Shown here: positions 44,878 to 59,800 of the stretch, piece after piece | How the letters are laid out: every line of letters starts with the position of its first letter | How positions within the stretch are numbered: position 1 is the stretch's first letter | Assembly: GCF_964355755.1 (NCBI RefSeq) | Contig: NC_092670.1 | Coordinates: 20,818,795-20,882,794 of the forward strand | Length of the DNA stretch: 64,000 nt | Reading direction: 5' to 3' | DNA from: Antedon mediterranea | Lineage: Eukaryota; Animalia; Echinodermata | Notes under the pieces: generated by a model | Seen by the model: the letters and a program-made list of their open reading frames with translations, nothing else | What the model was told of the DNA's origin: nothing | The model's database searches: none | Made by a program: the position numbers and the translations under genes

Positions 44878-47800
44878 GTGTGTGTGTACATATATACATA
44901 TATATATAAATTAATAAAAATAATTAAATTAATGTTAATGTTCTTTGCCTGATTTGTTTATATATATAAATATGTATATTTATATATGTGTGTAACTAAA
45001 AATAGTCTATATAGGCTATATATTTATATTATATTTCCTCATCTTTATCGTTTCAAATTAATTAATTAAAATTTCAGTATATCACCGGGCGGTTTAGAAC
45101 TAATGTTCTTTGCCTGTCGTGTTTATATATTATATTAATGAAATGTATTATTTGTAACTCGTACTTACTTTTTTTTAATACCTTATTCATTTGTTTTATT
45201 ATTGATTGAAAGAAAGAAAATAAATGTTTATGTTGAATTGAATTGAATTGAACTCTGACCTGTGGTCTTATTGATGGAAAAAAAGGACATAATAATATAC
45301 TGTATTCCAAATATGGAGTATGCTTTGCCTATCAGAGTTTACATGCAATCTTTTATAATCTACCTTTACTATTTATAGATAACTGCGTTAAACCATTTAA
45401 AGTTAATCTTTTAGTAAACTTTCAAAGGGATAAGGTTTTTTATTTCATAGATTACTGCAGTGAACTTTAGAAGTACTGCAGTAATATTTACAAGTACTGC
45501 AGTAACTGTTCATACATTACTAACCTTTGAAAGTTAATTTGTAGTAAACCTTCACTCAAAGTGATAAGGTTTTTGTCCAAATACTGCATCAAAGGTGTTA
45601 TTGCCTAGGTTAAAAGAATAAAAATAAATATTACATGGTAAAAAAAACATTATGAATATTAGCAAGGACATACATATACCAATCAAAGAATTAGGGCATG
45701 TTCGCACTTAGAATGAACACATGTAATAGTGGCGTGTTTGAGATAAAACAGCTGTTTCTAAAACCTACCTCAGTTGCTAGATTTTTCAATTACACCTTAA
45801 ACCACAAGCTGATTAACCACAAGATAAGGAGCAAGTTGTCCTTAGGTTGGTAAAAAGGTAATTGAGTTTAAATAAATACAGTATTATTAATAAATCTCAA
45901 TAAAGAGCAGTGGCTTAACGCAGAGGCCTGCTGGCTTAGGAACCCCAAGTGGCCCTCCAATGCTGGAGGCCTCGGGTGATTTTACCCTTTTTCAACATAA
46001 TTTAATGTCTGTTTTTTCCTCTGGACACTGCTTAGGGGCCCCCATAAGAACCGGGGCCCTGGGATTTGCCAGTAAGCGCTCATGGCCATTACGACACTGG
46101 CAAGAGTAATTTAAGTTACACATTTTATTTGAGTTTACAGTATGAATACAACCTTATAAACTTACATCATCCAAAGACTGCTTTACTGGTGCGTATGCTA
46201 ACTGAAAGATGAATTTCTTAACATCTGGTCGCATTTTGTCACCAACCCTGCCTGCAACTTTCAGTATAATATTAACCATGTCATCGTCGGCGCTCGCCAG
46301 CATCTCTTTCAACGAAGCCTTGCACTGTTCACTCGATTGCTCTCCTTGCTTCATCGCCACCAATGTGAATAGCTTGTCCCAGTTGAGAGATTTCGGTAAA
46401 ACTGCCAACGACCTCCGAACTTGCTCAATATTGTTGATTGCAATGCAGAGCTGAAATGACAGCATGATAAATTGTTTGTGTAAAATGTGATTTAAAATGT
46501 CCATTTATGGACATGATGATGTCATATCACTACTATATTTGGGCATATCAATACCATATTTAGGCACATCACCCTTTTTTTTGTCAAACTAGTTTGATAG
46601 TGTTGACAGAGCAATAAGAAACAGTTATAAAATCATGCACTTAATAATTATCAAACATATTTTTTAGCAATTCTTTTGTTATAGGCCATTCTAATTTCAC
46701 TTTGACCAAAAATTAGATCTAAATAAAAAGTTACCTTACAGTTTGGAAGTCAATGGGTTTTTTTTTTTAATTGATCTGTTTATTTTGGCTGTTTTACAAG
46801 CTAAATCATTATTGTTTTAACTTTAAATTTAAAAAAAACTTGATTAGAACTAAGAAATGGCCTATTCACAGTTTGATTTTAACCACCTTTATTTGTCATG
46901 GCATTTAGAACAATACGTCTTTTAAATGTTTATAAGAAAGGTCATCTCATCAAATCATTACAGAAATAAAACAATATAAGTTATTTTTGTGTGACATTTG
47001 GTAGTTTTTCACTTACCTGATCTGTGACATCAAACTGGCCTTCATCATCATAGTACCCTTTGGATATCAGATCCTTATGAATAATATTGGCATAAAATAG
47101 AGCTGCTCTGCAAATATCCTGAAACACAAATACATTGATGGACATGTTGGAATATATTTCCATACTGGTTTGAGCCTCTGTAAGTACCACTATACAGTAT
47201 TTTATAATGTTTGTATTCAAACTGTTTTTTTTAATATATAAAAATAGGACTTACATCTGTAATCTTCATAACGAATACATAAGAACCTTCAATGTCTGGC
47301 CAATCAAGTTTGGAGTAAAACTCACCAATCTAAAAAATAATAAAGAAGAAAACCACAGCTTACTTTTTATACATAATCTTACAATTTACATAGAAATTTT
47401 TTTGTTAATGGGACACTTTCAGAACCCAAGAATATGTCCTTTTAATAGAAGCGTTCCCTGAATAGGGGTTACGTTTTCAGGACTGGGTAGTAATGGCACA
47501 GTATACAAAGGGTTTAAATCACCACCACATACCTGACCAAAACAGCAAGCAACATCCACAGCAGATGTACTATGCTTCACCATAGCATCCACTTGCTCTA
47601 CCTATATACAAACAAATGTAAAACATATCTTTTGATTAACTGATCTTTTTCAGACACAACAAATACAAAATATATATATAACATATCACACATAATAATA
47701 ATGATAGATATACAAGTTCTTGTATAGTGCCGAATTCCAACGAATGGATCATTGCTCAAGGTGTTGTGGACTCAGTCATGGTGCTCTCTCATCTGTCCAC

Positions 47801-50800
47801 ACAGCTGTGTGAATTAGTACACTGGTAAACCCGTAAATACCTTATCAAGTTCAACTGCTTTCTCTATCCTCTGGATAGCTTTGTTGTATGCCAGAGCGAG
47901 CCAGTTCTGAACAGCCTTCTTGAAGTATTTGTGATAGTCTGCTAATACTAAGGCTTCAGCATCACTAAAGAACAAATAGTAATCATTAAACATTACACAT
48001 ATGAATTTGCAGGACATTGCAAAAGGGTTGTGTCCGACCTAGTTACCCGGAGACCAACTCAAGGAAGAGGAGGTGGGAAGACCTATGGTGACAAATGCTG
48101 ATCAGCTCAAAGAAGACACAGGCAAATACAACCAGAGACATTGAGACCATTTAATGCAAAATAGAAACCTATAGACAACCATCATGGAGTCCATCAGATG
48201 ACACCTGAGTGAGTGAATTAAAGTCATCAAAGTTGAAAGAAATATATCGATTGAGTATTCCAATATATTCATTTACTATCTACATTTTAAAAAAGCCTTT
48301 TAAAATCAGATGCTGTTCAATGTTGGCAAAAAAATAACCCACCTTTTATTTAAGTATTGCTTGAAACCAAGTAAGTCCTTTAAGGCGAGGTACAGTTCAA
48401 ACAAAGATGTGCTAATTTCTGTTGTGTCGATTGTCTGGGACTTTAAACTTTTGTTGACCCCTGTCATAAGTTCTATTACTTCTTCACCGAGCTAAAACCA
48501 ATATAAAATAAATTTTTTTATGTAGAAAGTGTCCTGGGTTTGTATGACCAATTTCTTACTCAATAAAAATTTCCGTCAGTCAATGTCAAACATACTATTT
48601 AAGATATATTCTACATGCACAGGAAATTAATAGCAGATACATAATAAGATTTAGGCTTTCCTTCACAATATTAATATTGGATTAATGTAATATTTGTACT
48701 GACATTCAAAACTTTCTTCATACAACTCAACGAAAAACATTGAACTCATGTTCTATTCTATGTGACAGTGAATTTGTATATGGTAGGACCTCTATTAAGA
48801 CACCCCTATTAAGGGGACACACACCTATAAATGGACACTTTACCGAGGAGTTATATATGTTTTATAACAACCAACCTCTATATAAGGGTAACAGACACAT
48901 TGAGGCTGCTCATCACTGGGCCATTTAAGCTCTGGGGCCCCTGGGTTTAGCCAGTGAGCGCTCATAGCTGTTACACCACTGGCTGTCCATTTAATAGGGG
49001 TTCTACTGTACTATTTCTTACATTTTAGGGAGGGGATGGGAATGGGTGTGTCTGTACATGTTTCTAACATTTTAGGGAGGGGATGGGAATGGGTGTGTCT
49101 GTACATGTTTCTTACATTTTAGGGAGGGGATGGGAATGGGTGTGTCTGTACATGTTTCTTACATTTTAGGGAGGGGATGGGAATGGGTGTGTCTGTACAT
49201 GTTTCTAACATTTTAGGGAGGGGATGGGAATGGGTGTGTCTGTACATATTTCTTACATTTTAGGGAGGGGATGGGAATGGGTGTGTCTGTACATGTTTCT
49301 AACATTTTTGGTGTTGGCTCTGTTTGATTGAATACAAAATGTAACCTTGAATTTTAGTAACTATTCCATACCAATTTATCAAAGTTCTTGTATGCAATAC
49401 TGAAATAGTCAATCTGCAACATGGCTTGATACAGCTTCCCTGTGTACTTGTAACTACGGACAAGGTCAAGGTTCAATGTGTTTGTCATCGCCGCAATTGC
49501 CGACACCATTTCACCATCGGTTGAGGTGCCTGGCTCTGTGAAGGCACGAATCCTGTAAAACCATTCTATTGTACCTTCCTAAAAGAGATAAAATCAAATT
49601 GAATTCTATTTTTATTAAATTGATAATTTCATTTTTAGTATAGAAATTATGATTTGTGGCACCCTGCCGTAACTATTCGGCCACTCAACTCGACAAATAA
49701 AGATAGAATCAGTCAGCAACTTTTGAAGTAAACAAGATTACCATAAGTTCAAGAGTCAGCAGCCTCTTATCTACTAAGTAAACATTTACTAATCACAACA
49801 ATATCTAACTGTACCCATTCCTTTAGGGATATCAATAATATAACACTTCCCATCAATTAATTTTTCAATGACAAACACATTGAAACAAACATGCTTCAAT
49901 ATATTTTGACATTAAACAAAAAACACATAATCAAGGGCATAAAAATACAGACATTTTTTTAATTGCTCAATTTTCCTCCCTCTAATGCAACTACCGGTAA
50001 TACAAATTGTCAAAAGTGCTGCCTATTTTGATCATTATCTCTTTTTTGAAGGACCTTTATTATCTTAATAGTTCTGTACTATAAAGGTTACTATATACTT
50101 TAACATTATGAATCTACAAACTCTCTGCCAACATTAGTCACAGGAAGGAGCAAACAGACAATGCAGGGTATTTGTTAAATTCCAACAATAAACGTTATTG
50201 ACATTTTAAATTATTTCATTTATTATTTATTATTTGGGATGATAAGGCAATTTATTCAAGACTACAATAACAGATAAACAAATAAGCTCTGTCTACTAGT
50301 TTGACAAAATGATGTTATGTGCCCAAATATGGTAGTGATATACCCAAATATGGTAGTGATATGACATCATCATGACCATATATGGGCACATCACACACAC
50401 ACACATAAAGTTTGATAGTGTAGACAGTGTATTAGTGAAGTATTTATAACTAGCTGTTACCCATCCTATTGAGAGTTACCATACTAGTACTTAGTACAAT
50501 CACATACACACATTTGTAGTAGAAAATACATGCTCAGAATTAACAATTTATACAGTATTCGGTCATTGCAAAAGAATTGGTCTAAAACCACATTTGTTAT
50601 TGACAATATTGACATAGCTAAATGTCTAAAGGGGTTAAAAGTTGCCCCAGTTCAAACAGGGTATGTAGAGGTTTCAAAAGGGGATAGAGTACAAAGTTTT
50701 TGGGTTAAGGCTATCATAATATAGATATTATCTAAATAAACAAATATCATATTAACCATACACACACCTACACCAATATGTAAACATACTAAAGAAATGC

Positions 50801-53800
50801 TCAGGTTAATACCATATGTACCCAATAATGAATTCACAAAACAGGACGGTATGTGGATAACAACTGCGTAATGGAGCTTACTGATGCGTAGTCAGGTTTA
50901 TTTTATGCGCACATTGGAAATCATCATTACGCATTCATGCGTCATAATACTGTCTCATTCCGTAAATTGTGTGTCTTAAATTAATCTCAATGTTTCAATA
51001 CTTTAATACTCACATGAATACCATTGATAATTTGGGAATGTATATCTGTTTGTGATGGACATAGTTTCTCATAAATATCTAAAGCTTGGAGATGCTGCAG
51101 ACATCTGTAATACATACAAAAGGTGGAAGTAACAATGAAAATTAATAGTGTTGCAATGACATTATAATTATGTATATGGACCGGTCAATATACTACTGTA
51201 TATATACATACTACTCTGAAAATCAGATAACCTCAACTTCTTATGTTAATTTAGGTTTAGATTCTATGTATGAAATTGAATACATAAAAAATGAATCAAC
51301 TAAAATATGCAATTTTTTGACAGTCACTGTGTTTATCTAACAGTCCCTTTATATCTTACTTAAAACACAGAAAGACACCTGTTAGTTTAGTCAATGTTTT
51401 AGTGAATTTAAAACGTCAGCTGTCAGAACAAACTGTCATTAGAAAATATAATAATAATAATCACGTATGTTGTAGTACACCCTGACATTAATGATGATTA
51501 CGCGAGTTAAGGCTGTACTTCTGTTGATTGAGTCATATGTACATCATATCACATGGTCATTTGAAATTCTGATATAAACAATTTTCAAAAATAGAAATGG
51601 TCAGCTGATATGTTTCTTATTCCATTGTACTTACTTAAGGAGCCATTCAAGTCTAACAACATTTTTCTTCTGTGGAGGGAAGACGTCGCGTTGCTTGCGT
51701 AAAAGACCAATGCAGTATTTGACAAATGCGTCAAAGGATGCTGCTAACGTAACTTCCTGAAAAATGACAAGATACCAAAATAAATCTAAAGAAAATACAG
51801 TGGATAAGCATTCTGTGAAAAGTAGGCAATACTGTACTACAGTATATATCCTGTACTAGTTTACCTATCAATGAAGTTTCACCTCATTCTTTACCCCTAA
51901 CCTAATTTTATTGCCTTAGTTGAATATTAAGCTCTGTCTACACTACCAAACTTTGACAACAAAATGATGTGATGTGCTCACAATATGGTAGTAATATGTC
52001 CATATATGGGCACATCACATTTTTTGTCACATAAAGTACACATGATAGTGTAGAAAGAGGGGGAATAAATGAATTAACACAATTCAAGGGACACTTTGTT
52101 TGGACCGAAGACGTTCCATCAATCAGGGAATTCTACTCAATTTAGGATAACAGATTGAGCCCAAAATAACTTATTAGTCATTGTAGGCCTATCCATTAGT
52201 ATAGTTACAAGTGACTGAATCATAGACAAGTAAATAACTGAAGAAATTCAGCTGATAGGTGATATGTTAGGACAGCTGGGATCAAGCACTGAACTTTAGA
52301 TAACTTGTTAGGTGTTGACATTTCACAGAATGGTAGTGGTACAGACTGGCCCATGGCACACCATTTACATAGAAACATGGAATACTATACTAGAAATTGC
52401 ATAAAAGTAAATTCAAAATATCTAGTCATCAATATTGGGCAAGGCTCTGTCTACACTACCAAAATATGGTAGTGATGTGCCCAAATATGGTAGTGATATA
52501 TGGGCATAAAGTTGACAGTGTAGACAGAGCTTAAGAAAAGTAGATTTTAATTGGCTTTACCTCTTTAGTTGTGAAGCACTCTTTCGATGATGTTTGTTGA
52601 GTTATTTTCCATTGTTCTTCCACCATCTTCAATAAGGAATGTAAGAATCTATAATCCATTGCATACAATGTATGAGCTTTGCTGTAAGCCAGCCACCGAC
52701 TACAAATATTAGAAGCACAAAAAAGAAATGTTTACTGACAGTCCAAATCCAAGATGTTTACATCATTCATCCAGGGTACTACATAATTTAATCCAGGGGC
52801 ATCTACAATATTCAACCAGGGTACCTACAATTTTCACACAGGATACATCTACAGTTCATCCAGGCATAGAGAAATGTTTGGATAGGATAGTAGAGAATTT
52901 ATCCAGGGTACCTAGAGAATTTATCCAGGGTACCTAGAGCATTCATCCAGGGTATTTTCATTGAACATCCGGGTACTTATTACATACCCACTGGGTTCAA
53001 CAAGGGCACCTAAAGTGTTCAGTCGTATTTATTTTAAAATAAGCAATTATTGTTATTTTACCAATAAGCTAAGTTTAATTGTGTGAGCTGGTTTTGTATG
53101 GCTATCTGATGAAGTAGGTAGACTGCCTCATGATTCAGTGTTCCATCCCATCTACTAGAGTTCTCCATCTGCTTCAGTTCATGTTCAACCAACTGTGTTA
53201 ATATACAACGATAACTCTCAACTGGGTTCATACGATCCTCTTCTATCTGCTCATTTTCTTCCTCATCTTCGTCTTTCTGTAAACAAAAATAATTCAGAGG
53301 GAAATTGCTGGCTTATTAATTATAGTCATAGGTGTAGAATTGCCACTGTTCTGGTGAGGGAACTACATATACAAGGTTTCAGGGCTCAAGCGCTTTATGG
53401 TTCTGTTGGATAATGAATAAAAACCATAGGTTCAGTGTACATATCAGGCTCATATGCACTACGAGATGAGTAGGGGGTTACCACAGTGTACTAGTTCAAA
53501 CACAGTCACTGTCACACAAAACCAACCATCATAGTCCAGTACACTGGGGCTCTCAGGCAGAAAAATCTTTGACTGAAGAGGTCACCCAGTATAAGGAATA
53601 ATAAAATAATATAAGCTCTTAATTAATATGTAAAGAACATCTCTAAGCATGTGTACTTACTCTGTATCCTAAATGTAACTGTAATTTTATTTTTCCTTTA
53701 GCTTTTGATTTCTCTGATTTTCCTTCTAACTTAAACCAGTCTGTTTTGCCATGGCTTGGAATATCCTTTAAGAAAAGAATAAAGTCAAGAATGTAACGTT

Positions 53801-56800
53801 CTTCTCCCCCTCTTCCCACGACCTTTCCTCTCCTCCTCTTCCCACGACCTTTCCTCTCCTCCCTCTTACCACAACCTTTCCTCTCCACCTCTTCCCACAA
53901 CCTTTCCTCCCCCACCCTCTTCCCACAACCGTTCCTCCTCCACCCTCTTCCCACAACCTTTCCTCCTCCACCCTCTCCCCACAACCTTTCCTCTCTCCTT
54001 CTTCCCACAACCTTTCCTCTCCCCCTCTTTCCACAACCTTTTCTCCCCGCACCCTTTTCCCACAATCTTTCCTCTCCTCCTCCTCCTCCCCAGCCTTTCT
54101 TCTCCCCAACCTTTCCTCTCCCCCAAGCTCTCTTCCCACAACCTTTCCTCCCCCAAATCCCTCCACCCACAATATTCCCCCTAACTTTCCACCAAACTGT
54201 TCCCATTACATGCAACTACATAACACGTACCTTAATTGGTATGTCAATACTACCAAGAAAGTCATCCACATTGCCATCAGTATTCTTGGCATTGTGGACA
54301 ATCTGCTTAAAGTACCTCTGCATTCCTTTAACACCAGATACCTCGTTGATGTTCCTCATGGCACCAAACACAGTTGTGTCCTCATCATGATCCCTGTAAA
54401 ATAGTACAACAGTATTTTACCAGGAATAGTCTTTATAAACTACATTTTAGATACAATTATAAGTTTCCTTACCAAATTTCCAAATGAAATATATCATCTT
54501 GAAGATCTTGCAAGTCTCTGTAAACCAATTTGTAAAAAAATACAATTACAGCAGGTAAAAAAATAGTATTATATTAAATTGGTTGAGTTAAAAAAAAGCA
54601 AATATTATGAAATTTAATGACTACATTTCTATAATAAAAAAAGGGTTTTTTGCAAGAATTTTTGGAAAATGTACTTTTTAAAGTGATGTTCTTTATCTAA
54701 AGCAGTGGCATAACGTAGAGACCGGAGGCCTCTGGTTTAGGAACCCTAAGTGGCCCCCCAATGTTGGAGGCCTCGGGTTTGACAGTTAATGCCTGTTTTT
54801 TTTTCTTCTGGGCACTAATTAGTGGACCCATAAGCTCAGGGGCCCCTGGGTTTAGCCAGTGAGCGTTCATAGCCGTTATGACATTGATTTAAAGACCCCT
54901 TCCATGTAACTTACAAACTCTCTTTATTCTCACTCCTAACACCACACTCTCTTGCTAAACTTACATTGTGAATGATTCCCCCCATTTAGGGTTCAAATTC
55001 TGATTGATAACTCTTGTCTGCTTTATCGCTTGTTCAGGAACTTTATCTCGAAGTTTTAATTTCTTTTTCTTTTTTTTATTCTTCTTTTTCATTTTGTACC
55101 ATTTCTTTTTCTTCTTGTCCTTCTTTCCATCTACTTCGGTTTCAATGGAATCATTTAGAGAGTCTATGCCAGTTTCAACTTCTTGTTCCTTCGGGGGCAT
55201 TATTCCTAACAAGCAGTATGGATCACTGAAACCTTTATGAATACATTTAATTGGATTAGATAAACTATATAACAATGATTAAAAACTATTTAACATTTTA
55301 TAGACACTCAAATTATCACATTTCACAATCCATGAGCTGCCCTCATAAATACAATGTGAAGTCCACTTAGCGCATTGCATTGCACTTCAATGATAAATAC
55401 GTGTATAACAGGGTAAGTAAATATTATGTAAATTTGTTTGTTTTAGTTAGACCTATAGGGCATATCTTTATTTAAATTTGTTTGTTTTAGTTAGACCTAT
55501 AGGGCCTATCTTTATTTAAATTTGTTTGTTTTAGTTAGACCTATAGGGCCTATATTGTACATTGTATTAAATGTTGTTATATTAGATTATTTAGGGGCGG
55601 ATCTAGGATTTTGATAAAGAGGGGACTGATATGGGAAAATAATCGTCTAGCAGGGTCCCGAAAATTTGTTTCTAGACGCCCGGAGATGGCATCTGAGGCG
55701 TCTTGGCCAGTCGATTCTTGTCATAAACTATCTGAATATAGTGGGTTTTATAGACCATATTTAATATAGACCTACGGAACTGTGTTTTTTTTGTGCCAAT
55801 AGCCTAAACCCTATTTTCCCGTCGACGAAATGTTACAACTAGTTGCTTTAAATTTTCAAATAATTCAAGTTGAAAATAAATAACGATGATCGAGTCAGAC
55901 CGCGAATTTCCAAAATGGTTGATAGTACCGTTTCAGCGTACAACGCTACTGCAATTCAACGTTGTATCCAATCAGAATGTTTCCTGTTATAATGAAAACA
56001 AGGTTTGACCTAGGCTGTATCGTGAGACATGTGAGATGGATTTCAACAACAAAAAAGACCAGAATAAATAAGGCCTAACTAAACTACAAATACAACTATT
56101 GAAAAAAAACTAGGCTACAAACTACATGTATCAACTGATACCATTATTTTTTCTAACAAATGAAATAAATAAATGCATCTTATATTTAAACATAGGGACT
56201 ACGATCCCATCCCCTTTTAGGCCTAGCTGGAGCAGCCATTCACGCATTCATTTAAAAAAAACGCTAAAACGGTCTAACGCCATGGGTCTGAACATAGCCT
56301 AAAATGGTAAAAATGCTGATGTGTTTAAAGTTGTATACCTCTGGGGCCAAGGTTGAAGTCTATTATAAACGCACCCCTGTTTCAAACAGGAGTAAATTAA
56401 AGGTTAATTTATTTTCAAATTTATATATTATGACAATGAATTCAACAATTTAACCTGTAAAAAGTAAAACAAAAAAATAACAAAACATCATGCCAAATTT
56501 TCCACTGTTATGATAACAACTTTTAGTAAGATATAAAAGGTCAAATGTTCTATTATTTTCAAAGGAAGGAAATAGAATATATAGAATCTAAAGTAGATGT
56601 ACACAAGAGGTGTTGGCTTACCATTAGGGTCCTTTGCACCTAAGCCACTTGCAGCAATGACTGTCACATTTAAAATTGGAATTAATATCTATAACAAAAA
56701 CAGATTTAGTGCATTAAATAGGTCTGCAAAGGATGTGATCAAATTATTACAATACAGGTTCTCCTGTAGAAAATCTTTAAATTGTATTCGGAAAATAACG

Positions 56801-59800
56801 AAAATAAAACGATCAAGTAGAAATTATTTAAAAAAAATTAAGTTTCATTACGTCTTGTTCACTGCTACTCTCTAAAAGTAACATATCATGGTCTTCATCA
56901 GCAACAGAAAAAACCTAGAGAAAAAATAAAATCATTTACCGATTACTTAATGTTAATGTTGTTGAATTTACATAGCCCTTTTAAAAATTAGGAGAGTGTC
57001 CCAAAGAGCTTAAAATAAAAAGGTGTTTGATGATAATCAAGAAGTGGCATCTGTTTTTAAATTTGAGAAAGAAAAGTTAGCTAATATGTCAAAGATTTTA
57101 TTTATCTCAACTCAGTATTAATAATTGTATTTTTTTAAGATCTACAAAAGTACCACAAATTATACAAATATAGTAGAACCTGTCATTTGGGACACCCCTA
57201 TTCAGGTTATAGGGAACACTTTCCTGTGAAATAAACAAGGGACAACATACGCTTTAAAGCTCAGGTACAAGCATGAATTTTAAATATAATATCTCGTTAT
57301 TTGTACATAAATCAAATATTTGTAACAGAAATCAAGACAAAAAAACATGAATTTTCCTTAATATGGTCAAAATACAAATTTGGCAATATTCTGCCATAAA
57401 AACCAGGAAGACCTTTTTTCAGTAGTTAGGTAGTTAACCTAATGTAACAACATGTTTGGTGACTCCCTAGAAGGTGAAAAAAGATGGTGGATATACAGTG
57501 GATAATTTCTGCTATAGCATGAAAATAAAATTATGAAGTTGAATAAAAATACCAGAAATGTAAAATTCAGGTTTTATTACCTATATTTAGTCATCTGATA
57601 ACATTTTTTACTTTTTTACAGTTATTATAGCTTTTTAAAATGCCTCTCTATTTACAAAATTTGTGTACAAAAGAATAGAGATTTTACTGTGTAATTTGAA
57701 CTATCCCCCCCACTGATAAGAAAGTGCTTATTTTCAACAAGCTTGTGTAACACAAATAAAATCCCAAAAATTATGAAACATAGGGGAAACTATAGATTGA
57801 TAATTATTGGAATGTATGATCAATAGACATTTTTTTCCCACACCTGGCCTTTAACATTCTCTTGAGGTATATATGTCACTTCATTAAATTGAGGTGACGC
57901 AACGGCGAGTTACACAGTGAGTTACACGGTGAGAGGTATATATTTTGCATAATGTTTTGTATTTAATTCATTTAATAAAGAAACATCTATACATTTATTT
58001 GAATTTGTACAAATATGAAAGTTGTTATAATCTGATACTGAAAGGAGCCTATTGCCATTATAACCTCGTATTCTAGATCAAAACAGTGGAAGCAATTAAA
58101 ACCTCATGATTTGCTTAGCATATTGGCACAGCTTAGGAAAGCGTTTCCTGTTATGAAAACATGTGAGGATTAACCAATCACATGTTAACATTTTAATTTA
58201 TTTCTGCATGGTTGATAAGAAATAAAACATGAATAAATAAAGTTTGAAATATTGAATTACACACTAGCTTGCATCATATTAAACTTCTTGGACCAAATGG
58301 TTAATTTATAATGTGTTGAAATGTTCTATTCAGAAATATAATTAAAGATCTAACAATTTTGTTCCCTACTTTTGGGAGGACGGTACCTGGACCAATATAT
58401 GATAAGCAGTGTTTTTAAAACCTGGCACGAGTTCACTTAATCTTGGCAATGCTTTTGAGTTACTTACATCTTTGACAAAATCAAAAAGGGTGTTTGACGC
58501 TACAACTTCATCTTCAATGGTCATTCCAAGACGATTCTCAATTGTTGATAGTGAAACTTTGTACAAGATTTCATTCTGAAAATAAAATAATCAAACTATT
58601 ATTATTATAGACATAAAGTGGAGAAACTTGTTATTGAATCATGTGGCCAGGGCTTACAACTTATTTATAGCCATAAATTTGTCACAGCTTTTTAAGTTTT
58701 CTCTATGACCATATAGTTCTAGTGGTAGACATTTCTCAATCTCAGATACTGTAAGGAACTCAAACTTGATGTCCAATCTATATATTTGGCTAGTGTGCAC
58801 TTTAAAGAACGACCCACTTCATCTTTGTATTAAAGATTAGGGGATTAACTGCAATGTTCAGTATCATCTTAGCCCAGTTTCTACGGACATTAAGGAACAC
58901 TTTGGGAGATGAAAATTGTTGTCCACCAGGCAATTCAGCCCAGTAGACTACAACAAGTCAGGTTATTTACATCAATTCCCTAAAATGACAGCCTTGGGAG
59001 AGTGAGTGAGTGGCAGAGCGGTTAAGACAGTGGAACCGTAATCACGTAGCCATAACAGACATCGGCAGGGGTTCGAGGCTCACTCACTCCATGGTTCTGG
59101 TGGTAGAACGAGTCTTCTCGGATAAGGACTATAAACCGTAGGTCCAGTGTTAGACTTGCTCCAAGTCTGTATTTATTGTCTTTTTTATGTCATTCCACCA
59201 CACGTTTTGATTTTTGTCTGAGTATCCAAACTCAAGTAATACAACTATGAAACGCCATATGTGCAAAAATATTTATATTTTTACTAATATTAAGAAAAAA
59301 CTCCGTCTGGAGCCCAGACTAGTCCAGTGTACACAACTTGCTTGTGTGCACTTTAAAGAACCTAGTACATCTTTCGAGACGAGTAGGGGGTTACCCCGGT
59401 GTACTAGTACATCACAGCCACTGATCACCAACTGGGCCCTCTGGGAGATCAGTCTTTGACTGAAGAGGTCACCCAGTATAAAGATAAAACAAACAAACAA
59501 ACTTGGCCCTAATGTTCTGCTTTCTAGACACTAGATTCCAGAATGCATTGGTTACTCAACGTCGACTAGAAAACAGGCTTTAGTATATTGCATATCACAG
59601 CATAATATTATATATACAATACAAAATTAATTACATTTTAAAAAGAAAAATAATAAAAGGCTAGGTCTATAATTTATACAATATTAATGATGACATTGAT
59701 ATAATTATACTGTACCATTTGGCTTTCATACACTTCTTCAGGCATCATTGTGTCTTTATAGTATTACTCCTTAATAACAAAGTACTGTATAGTACTGTAC

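Noticed and set aside
53643-54215. Gly/Arg/Glu-rich ORFs of 96-190 aa
   Set aside because: Intronic purine-rich repeat; only 53661-53765 is a real exon.
58997-59092. tRNA gene
   Set aside because: A and B boxes are present, but the sequence continues into a SINE core and simple-repeat tail, with another decayed copy at 53385-53610.
59214-59500. Similar short ORFs at 59214 (+) and 62873 (-) suggesting a small gene family
   Set aside because: The similarity comes from two copies of the TAG...CTA MITE.
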